Shown here piece by piece: positions 57,641-64,000 of a stretch of 64,000 nt of DNA; position 1 is the first letter of the stretch, and the number at the start of each line of letters is the position of its first letter. The notes beneath the pieces were generated by a model, which was not told where the DNA came from, ran no database searches, and saw only the letters and a list, made by a program, of their open reading frames with translations. The DNA is from an uncultured Ignavibacteria bacterium (GTDB taxonomy: Bacteria > Zixibacteria > MSB-5A5 > RBG-16-43-9). Location of the stretch: contig CAZEDM010000008.1 in assembly GCA_964511075.1 (NCBI GenBank), forward strand, positions 34,470 through 98,469. Direction: 5' to 3'. A program made the position numbers and the translations under genes.

Positions 57641-58474
57641 ATGCCAGAACTGCCTGAAGTTGAGACGATCGTCAGGGGATTAAGAAAGAGCGTATTAGAC
57701 AAAAAGATAAAGGCAATAAAGGTAATCCCTTCCAGGGTTCTGCAGAACTCTCCTGCTTATCTCAAGCGAAATCTAAGCGGGCATAAAATTACAGGGGTAA
57801 ACAGAAGGGGGAAGAATATAATTATACACCTGTCTGGCGGAAATCTAATCCTCATTCATCTGGGGATGACCGGGAATCTGTTTTATCTAAAAAGATCAAT
57901 CCCCCTTGATAAACATAATTATCTGGAATTAAAATTTTCAGACAATACCATCCTGAGATTCAGAGATGTCAGAAAATTCGGCAAGTTCAAACTGACAAAG
58001 TCCTCTCCTCAAAAAAAGCTGGAGGATTTGAGGAGGCTTGGTCCTGAACCACTGGAGATTTCAAAAGATGCTTTTATTCAGCTCTTGCAAAAAAGAAAAG
58101 GCAAAATCAAGCCCACCCTCTTGAACCAGAAAGTGATTGCCGGAATCGGGAACATCTATGCGGATGAGGCTCTGTTTGAAGCTAAGATTCATCCAGAGGA
58201 AAAAACCTGTGATTTAAGTGCGGATAGATTAATAAAGCTGCACCGGGCGGTTAAGAGAATATTAAAAAAGGCCATAGAAGCCGGGGGCTCCTCAGTGGAC
58301 AACTATTTAGACCTTGAAGGGGAGAAGGGTTTTTTTCAATTACATCATAAAGTCTACGGAAAAGAGGACAGACCCTGTCCCAGATGCAAAACCAGGATCA
58401 AAAGAATAGTATTAAACCAGCGCTCCAGCCATTTTTGCCCAAAATGTCAGAAAAGTAGGGGTTCAAAAATTTGA
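57641..58474 (+). CDS. mutM: Formamidopyrimidine-DNA glycosylase
   Basis: N-terminal MPELPEVE. H2TH region. C-terminal zinc finger CPRC...CPKC. Confidence 0.85.
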   Translation: MPELPEVETIVRGLRKSVLDKKIKAIKVIPSRVLQNSPAYLKRNLSGHKITGVNRRGKNIIIHLSGGNLILIHLGMTGNLFYLKRSIPLDKHNYLELKFSDNTILRFRDVRKFGKFKLTKSSPQKKLEDLRRLGPEPLEISKDAFIQLLQKRKGKIKPTLLNQKVIAGIGNIYADEALFEAKIHPEEKTCDLSADRLIKLHRAVKRILKKAIEAGGSSVDNYLDLEGEKGFFQLHHKVYGKEDRPCPRCKTRIKRIVLNQRSSHFCPKCQKSRGSKI

Positions 58475-58582
58475 AGCCTTACAAATATTACATATTCAAC
58501 TATACAGGATAAGCAGGGAAGAAGCTTTTTGAGGAAAGCGACTGCGTCTTGATAGTGGGTTTTAGAATTTTTATCCAGATAT

Positions 58583-58615
58583 AAAAAAGGACAGCCACAA
58601 GGGCTGTCCTTGCAA
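58583..58615. terminator. Bidirectional terminator between convergent mutM and the dual-receiver gene
   Basis: AAAAAAGGACAGCCacaagGGCTGTCCTTG. Confidence 0.5.
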
Positions 58616-58662
58616 TTTCTGAAGGTCCGAAAACCTCCGCTACATAATCCTTCAAACTCTTT

Positions 58663-59430
58663 TTAGATCTCTTCTTTTTCCAGAAGGAGATTCCTCATCA
58701 GCTCGTCGATCTTCTCTATCCTGAAAGGCTTGGCTAAGTAACCGTCCGCGCCTTCGATTAAGGCTTTGTCCTCTGGATAGGCGTTTGAATAGGCGGTTAT
58801 CATTATCACCGGCGTCTTCAAATCGTTCTCCTTGATCTTCCTCATCAAGGTGATCCCATCCATATTGGGCATCTTTATGTCGGTGATCACCAGGTCGAAA
58901 TTGTCCTCCTGCAAAATCTGCCAGGCCTTTTCGCCGTCCTCCGCTGGTATGGGATGATAGTCTAAAGAGAAAAGGGTATCGATGAGCATATTTCTCAGGA
59001 CCTCATCATCGTCCACCACCAATATCCTTTTGAGGGAACTGTCATCTTTGGGCTCGGGTTTTTTATGCCCTAAAAGGCTTTCCATAGCCTCCTCTATCTT
59101 CCCGATCCTGAATGGCTTGGCTAAGAAACCATCTGCCCCTTTCTGCAAAGCCTGCTCCATGGTATAATTGAAATTATATCCGGTTATGAGAAGGACCGGA
59201 AGATTGGAATCCTTAGCTTTGATTGACTCCAGAAGGGAAAAGCCGTTCATCTTGGGCATCTTTATGTCGGTGATCACCAGGTCCATCTTCTGCTGATCCA
59301 GTAGGTTCAGAGCCTCCTCTCCATCCTTGGCACCAAAGGCGTTATAACCCAGAGCAGATAAGGTATCTATCATGAGCTGACGGGTCTTCTCGTCGTCATC
59401 CACGATCAATACTTTGGTACCCTGATTCAT
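58663..59430 (-). CDS. Response regulator with two tandem receiver domains and no output domain
   Basis: Two copies of the (V/I)LIVDDDE...D...K receiver pattern. 255 aa. Confidence 0.75.
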   Translation of the reverse strand: MNQGTKVLIVDDDEKTRQLMIDTLSALGYNAFGAKDGEEALNLLDQQKMDLVITDIKMPKMNGFSLLESIKAKDSNLPVLLITGYNFNYTMEQALQKGADGFLAKPFRIGKIEEAMESLLGHKKPEPKDDSSLKRILVVDDDEVLRNMLIDTLFSLDYHPIPAEDGEKAWQILQEDNFDLVITDIKMPNMDGITLMRKIKENDLKTPVIMITAYSNAYPEDKALIEGADGYLAKPFRIEKIDELMRNLLLEKEEI

Positions 59431-59528
59431 ATAGACCTCGACTTTAAGGTTTAGAACTTAGGTCTCCTTTAATTTTTATCGTAATTTTTGGGAATTACTT
59501 TAAGGAGAATAAAAGAAAAAAGAGGTAT

Positions 59529-60884
59529 TCAGGAGCGAATCAGATTCAAAATCTCCGATTTTCTTTGTTCCAAAAGCTCCCTGGTATTAGCCTCCAAATT
59601 CAGGCGGAGCAAGGGCTCGGTATTGGAAGGTCTGAGGTTAAACCACCAGTCAGGGAATTCCACCGTGAGCCCATCCAAATGGTCTATTTTGGCATCCTTA
59701 TAATGTGACTGGATCATTTTTAGCTTCTGGGGGATATCTTCCACCCTGGAGTTTATCTCCCCTGTCCTGAAATAGGGGTCGATTGAACCTACCAGCTGAG
59801 ACAGTGGCTTGTTTTCCTCTGAGAGAAGCTCCAGGCAGACCAGAAGCGCTATCAAACCTGAATCAGCATAGTAGTTCTTTCGAAAATAGAAATGACCGGA
59901 ATGTTCACCTCCAAAGACGGCATTATATTTTTTCATCAGGGGTTTTATCAGAGCATGCCCCACGGGCGTGCGGATACCCTTTCCTCCGTTCTGCCTGATT
60001 ATCTCGGGAACAATCCTGGAACAGGGTACATTATATAATATGGTTGCCCCCTTCTCCTTCTTTAACAGGTTCTTGGCCACAAGTGCTGTGATTATATCTC
60101 CACCTAAGGGAGAAGCTTTCTCATCCACCAGGAACATACGGTCTGCATCTCCATCAAAAGCCACACCCAAATCTGCTTTCTCTTCTAAAATTCTATCTTT
60201 TAAAGATGCGATGTTCTCGGGTATTATGGGATTAGGCAGATGATGAGGAAAAGTGCCATCCAGCTCAAAGAACATAGGGATAATCTCGCAGGGAAGATGA
60301 GAAAAAAGTTCTGGAAGAACTTTGCCCGCAATTCCGTTCCCGGCATCGATGACTATCTTAAAGGGCTTGATCTTCATATCTTTGAGGAAGGACAGAAGGT
60401 GCTGGATATAATCTTTTTGAATGTCTTTCTTTTGAATAACCCCTTTTCTCTTAGAAACCAAAAAATCCTTTTTTAAAATCAGGTCCCTGATCTGCTCTAT
60501 TCCCTCTTTGCCGCTCAAAGGAACTGCCTCCTTTCTGCACATCTTCATCCCGTTATACTCGGGTGGATTATGGGAAGCAGTGATCATAATGCCGGAATCG
60601 TATCCGAATTTACCAACCGCAAAATATAAAGCGTCAGAGGTACATAAGCCCATATCTATCACATCCGCGCCTGTTTCGGTTATCCCGCGGGCAAGATTTC
60701 CAAACAAAGCCTCTGAGGAGAGACGCATATCCCGGCCTATAGCTACATCCTTGGGTTTTAGATATTGCACAAAAGCCCTCCCCACAAGATAGGCAATCTC
60801 ATCATTTAGTTCTGTGGGGTATATCCCCCTGATATCATAAGCCTTGAATATTACAGGATTTACTTTCATCTCTCCTTCTCCCAT
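59529..60884 (-). CDS. Phosphoglucomutase/phosphomannomutase (alpha-D-phosphohexomutase superfamily)
   Basis: Active-site TASHNPPEYNG, metal loop DGDADR, sugar-binding GGEHSGH. Confidence 0.8.
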   Translation of the reverse strand: MGEGEMKVNPVIFKAYDIRGIYPTELNDEIAYLVGRAFVQYLKPKDVAIGRDMRLSSEALFGNLARGITETGADVIDMGLCTSDALYFAVGKFGYDSGIMITASHNPPEYNGMKMCRKEAVPLSGKEGIEQIRDLILKKDFLVSKRKGVIQKKDIQKDYIQHLLSFLKDMKIKPFKIVIDAGNGIAGKVLPELFSHLPCEIIPMFFELDGTFPHHLPNPIIPENIASLKDRILEEKADLGVAFDGDADRMFLVDEKASPLGGDIITALVAKNLLKKEKGATILYNVPCSRIVPEIIRQNGGKGIRTPVGHALIKPLMKKYNAVFGGEHSGHFYFRKNYYADSGLIALLVCLELLSEENKPLSQLVGSIDPYFRTGEINSRVEDIPQKLKMIQSHYKDAKIDHLDGLTVEFPDWWFNLRPSNTEPLLRLNLEANTRELLEQRKSEILNLIRS

Positions 60885-61035
60885 TTTATCCTACAACTCT
60901 TGTATTAACTATAAGACTAAAAGGTATTTTTGTCAAATCTTTCTTTAAGATTCTGACTCCTTAAATAAACCTCCTTTGGGATAAGCCCTGGTCGTTGATT
61001 TTCTGCTTGACAGGGGTTCAATTATATGATAAAAT

Positions 61036-61053
61036 ATGTGAAAGGATTCACAA
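61036..61053. promoter_or_regulatory. Rex operator ATGTGAAAGGATTCACAA overlapping the rex promoter (autoregulation site)
   Basis: TGTGA-N6-TCACA with full TTCACAA half-site. Preceded by TTGACA (61007-61012) and TATGATAAAAT (-10-like). 5 bp upstream of the rex ATG. Confidence 0.55.
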
Positions 61054-61057
61054 GAAA

Positions 61058-61684
61058 ATGCGCCGGATCTCAGAGTCTACAATACACAGGTTATCACTTT
61101 ATTACAGAACCCTGGCAGATCTCCGCAGGGAGCATCTTACCACTGTTTCCTCCAGAGAGCTTGCCAGAAGAAATAAATTTACCCCTGCCCAGGTAAGAAA
61201 AGACCTCTCCTTTTTTGGAAGTTTCGGCACCAGAGGCTTGGGTTATCCTGTGGAAGAGCTTAGAGATAAGATCGCATCTATCCTGGGCTTAAGCAAGACC
61301 TGGAACGTAGCTTTAGTAGGGGTAGGGAATGTGGGTTCGGCATTGGTCTCCTATAAGGAGTTCCAGAGACAGGGTTTTGTCATAAAAAAGATTTTCGATA
61401 ACGATCAGCGTAAAATAGGTAAGAATCACAAGGGGATCTTGGTCTTGGACGTGAGAGACCTGGCCAGAGAATTGAGAGAGGGTAGAATCGAGATGGCGAT
61501 CATCGCTGTTCCCGCCTCAGGGGCTCAAAAGGTAGTGGATGAGATAATAAATGCAGGAGTACGCACCATTCTGAATTTCGCCCCCACTCATCTTAAGGTA
61601 CCGGAAAATGTGGTCCTGCGCTCGGTTAATATGGCGATGGAGCTGGAGCACCTCTCTTTTGCCTTAACTAACCAGAAGTCTTAA
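61058..61684 (+). CDS. rex: Redox-sensing transcriptional repressor Rex
   Basis: N-terminal winged helix (RLSLYYR.L), Rossmann NAD(H) domain GVGNVGSAL. Start placed at the internal ATG 61058 because the operator/promoter lie inside the longest ORF (60995). Confidence 0.8.
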   Translation: MRRISESTIHRLSLYYRTLADLRREHLTTVSSRELARRNKFTPAQVRKDLSFFGSFGTRGLGYPVEELRDKIASILGLSKTWNVALVGVGNVGSALVSYKEFQRQGFVIKKIFDNDQRKIGKNHKGILVLDVRDLARELREGRIEMAIIAVPASGAQKVVDEIINAGVRTILNFAPTHLKVPENVVLRSVNMAMELEHLSFALTNQKS

Positions 61685-61689
61685 GAAGG

Positions 61690-62934
61690 CTACAGCTCTC
61701 TTATTCTTTTCACCAGAAGCCCCCCTAATCCGCCGAAGGCAATGAAAACCCCGCTTAGAAAAATTATCATCTTAATATGCAAAAGACCGCCTAAAACTCC
61801 AATCAACGCCAAGGAAATTGGTCTCAGGCCCCCGCTTATGGTTCCCAAGGTGCCAAAGACCCTGCCTTGCTTCTCATGGGGGATCTTAGTCTGGAAAACA
61901 GCCGGAACCAGTATGTTGGCGAAAGAGACCCCAAATCCACAACCGCCTAAAAGGAAGATAGAAGTCCAGAAAGATTCTGAGATGCCGAACAGGGCTAAAA
62001 AAACTCCAGCTACGATTATTCCCGTGGTTATAAAACCTCCCTTGCTTCTCACCCCTCCGATCATTCCCAGAAAAAGTGAACCCAATACCATTCCCACGGA
62101 TATGCTTGAGCCCAGAACTCCGAACCCCTCCGCACCCCTGTTCAATATATTTTTAACCACAAGGGGTATCAATACACCTACCGGAGCCACAAAGAAGTTG
62201 AGAAGAGAAAATAGGATCACCAGTCCCAATATTCCAGATTCGGTCCGGATAAAATTAAGTCCCTCCAGAAGATCATGGGTAAATTTTTTTCTTTCAGTTT
62301 GAATAGGGACCTGCTCCGTTTTTATTCTCACAAAGAATATGGCAACAACGGAGAGAAAAAAGCTTAGAGCATCCAAAAACATCACTGTTCCCGCTCCAAT
62401 AAGAGCAACCAGAATTCCACCTAAGGCAGGTCCCAGAACTCCACTTAGATTGTTACTCATCTGGGACAGGGAATTAGCCCGAACCAGCTTGCCTTTGTCC
62501 ACGATGCGAGGTATAAAGGAGTTTAGAGCCGGGTTGAAAAATATTGTCATAGATGAAAGCAGGGCCGCGATTATAAATATATGCCAGACCTGTAGATGAT
62601 TTAGGAAGTAAAGTATGCCGGGGATACAGATTATTATCCCTCTGCCGAGATCCATTAAGATTAGAAGCTTTCTCTTATCTACCCTGTCCACAAAGGTTCC
62701 GGCAAAAGGACCCAGGATAATAGTTGGGAGTGAGGAGCAGATGGCAACGGATGCCATGGCAGCAGTGGAGCCGGTCTTCTCCAGAACCCACCACATCAAA
62801 GCTATTATATAGAGATAATCGCCAAATAGGGAGATGCTCTGACCTATCCAGATCAGGAAGAAATTCTTATTTCTGAATATTGACACGGAGTTTTCATTTA
62901 GTGTCTCCGATATTTTACCTGCCAGGTTTTCCAT
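61690..62934 (-). CDS. MFS transporter
   Basis: 12 predicted transmembrane helices; 414 aa; MFS-like loop motifs. Confidence 0.75.
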   Translation of the reverse strand: MENLAGKISETLNENSVSIFRNKNFFLIWIGQSISLFGDYLYIIALMWWVLEKTGSTAAMASVAICSSLPTIILGPFAGTFVDRVDKRKLLILMDLGRGIIICIPGILYFLNHLQVWHIFIIAALLSSMTIFFNPALNSFIPRIVDKGKLVRANSLSQMSNNLSGVLGPALGGILVALIGAGTVMFLDALSFFLSVVAIFFVRIKTEQVPIQTERKKFTHDLLEGLNFIRTESGILGLVILFSLLNFFVAPVGVLIPLVVKNILNRGAEGFGVLGSSISVGMVLGSLFLGMIGGVRSKGGFITTGIIVAGVFLALFGISESFWTSIFLLGGCGFGVSFANILVPAVFQTKIPHEKQGRVFGTLGTISGGLRPISLALIGVLGGLLHIKMIIFLSGVFIAFGGLGGLLVKRIREL

Positions 62935-62941
62935 TTACAGC

Positions 62942-64000
62942 TCAGCCCCTTAGAATATTTTTGCCGGTTTCAGGATCGAAGAATAAGGCTCTATCCAAGT
63001 TGAAAGATAATCCCAAGAGACTTCCCAGGGAAAGATCTTCCCTGTATTTTTCCTTAACAGCTATTTTTTTATTCCCGATCTTAAGATAGAGAAAAATCTC
63101 ACCACCTGTGGGCTCTATCTGTTCCAGCTCCAGTTTAATCTCTGCGTCTTTCTGGGATATGGAGATCTCCTCCGGCCTTATCCCCAAGCAGAGCTCCTTT
63201 CCCGGATATTCATTTAAACCTTTCCGATGTCTCTCTGGCAGCAGTAGCTTATGATTTCCTTCAAGCATAAATTCAAAGGACGAATTTAATTTGCCCCTGA
63301 GAAGATTTATAGAGGGAGTTCCTATGAAAGAGGCCACAAATGTATTCGAGGGATGATTATACAGCTCGAAAGGAGTTCCGACCTGCTGAACTTCGCCATC
63401 CTTAAGGACCAGTATCCGCTGTCCCAAGGTCATAGCCTCCAACTGATCGTGGGTCACATAAAGGATAGAGGCCTCGAGGTTTCTATGCAGTTTTAAAAGC
63501 TCCCCTCGCATCTGAACCCTGAGCATGGCATCTAGGTTAGACAATGGCTCGTCAAAAAGGAAAATCCTTGGATTTCTTACTATTGCCCGACCCAAAGCCA
63601 CCCTCTGCCTTTCTCCACCGGAAAGTGCCTTAGGTTTTCTTTGAAGAAATGTTTTTATACCCAGGATATCAGCGGTCTCCGTGATCCTCTTTTTAATCTC
63701 CTCTTTTTGATATCCTCTTAACTTTAAGGGGAAAGCAAGGTTATCTGAGACCGAAAGATGGGGGTAAAGAGCATAATTCTGAAAGACCATAGCCACATCT
63801 CTCTGCTTGGGAGGTAAATCATTTACCTTGACACCATCCAAATATATCCCCCCGGAGGAAGCCTCCTCCAGTCCTGCAATCATCCGTAGGATAGTGCTTT
63901 TTCCGCATCCAGAAGGACCAACCAGAACGAAGAACTCACCCTCTTCCACCTCAAAGCTGATATCTTTTAAAACCTGGTTATTGTCGAAAAATTTACTTAC
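62942..64000 (-). CDS. ABC transporter ATP-binding protein (MalK/UgpC-like), N-terminus beyond window edge
   Basis: Walker A GPSGCGKST, signature LSGGERQRV, Walker B FLFDEPLS, transport-associated OB-fold C-terminal domain. The frame stays open upstream of the track start (…VSKFFDNNQVLKDISFEVEEGE…) to position 64000. Confidence 0.8.
   Translation of the reverse strand, partial: VSKFFDNNQVLKDISFEVEEGEFFVLVGPSGCGKSTILRMIAGLEEASSGGIYLDGVKVNDLPPKQRDVAMVFQNYALYPHLSVSDNLAFPLKLRGYQKEEIKKRITETADILGIKTFLQRKPKALSGGERQRVALGRAIVRNPRIFLFDEPLSNLDAMLRVQMRGELLKLHRNLEASILYVTHDQLEAMTLGQRILVLKDGEVQQVGTPFELYNHPSNTFVASFIGTPSINLLRGKLNSSFEFMLEGNHKLLLPERHRKGLNEYPGKELCLGIRPEEISISQKDAEIKLELEQIEPTGGEIFLYLKIGNKKIAVKEKYREDLSLGSLLGLSFNLDRALFFDPETGKNILRG

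Noticed and set aside
60995-61057. Longer Rex ORF starting at 60995
   Set aside because: The -35/-10 elements and the Rex operator fall inside this extension. The internal ATG at 61058 gives the canonical Rex N-terminus.
1-64000. CRISPR arrays, rRNA genes, transposases, integrases
   Set aside because: No regularly spaced direct repeats were found. No translation with a DDE/tyrosine-recombinase signature. No rRNA-like conserved segments were noticed on reading both strands.

Overview
This is a gene-dense bacterial chromosomal window of about 60 protein genes plus one tRNA; I found no rRNA, CRISPR, transposase or integrase. The single T9SS-type C-terminal sorting domain and the dockerin/cohesin modules suggest an uncultivated FCB-group-like anaerobe (Zixibacteria, Ignavibacteria or Calditrichota-like); that phylum guess is inference only. 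The main features, in order: (i) A polyamine operon (speH-speE plus an unknown partial gene) and a B12-binding radical SAM gene at 1-4.4 kb. (ii) A P3-type P-type ATPase and a HEAT-repeat protein at 5.2-8.4 kb. (iii) Three secreted or membrane proteins at 9.7-18.7 kb that share a duplicated dockerin-like C-terminal module, one of which also carries a cohesin-like domain. They surround a sigma-54 two-component system whose sensor kinase has c-type haem-binding motifs in its periplasmic domain, and an archaemetzincin gene. (iv) An AMP-ligase / acyl carrier protein (ACP) / alpha-oxoamine synthase operon at 22.3-25.9 kb. (v) A ~21.6-kb respiratory island at 26-47.6 kb, bounded by imperfect ~360-bp direct repeats that contain the 3' part of tRNA-Lys. 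It holds a 13-haem cytochrome / FeS / NrfD membrane module with three non-lipoylatable GcvH-like proteins, a 9-haem cytochrome with FN3 and T9SS sorting domains, a porin-cytochrome-like trio, a Rieske / split cytochrome b complex with a 9-haem subunit, an 18-haem NapC-fused cytochrome, and cytochrome c maturation genes CcmE (Cys-variant) and CcmF. (vi) A pentahaem cytochrome, etfBA plus a membrane FeS/CCG oxidoreductase, nadA, fpg, rex, and Rex operators upstream of rex itself and of the T9SS cytochrome gene. I counted about 90 haem-binding motifs across eight cytochrome genes, including CX3CH and CX4CH variants. Every family assignment comes from motif reading of the supplied translations; no database search was run.
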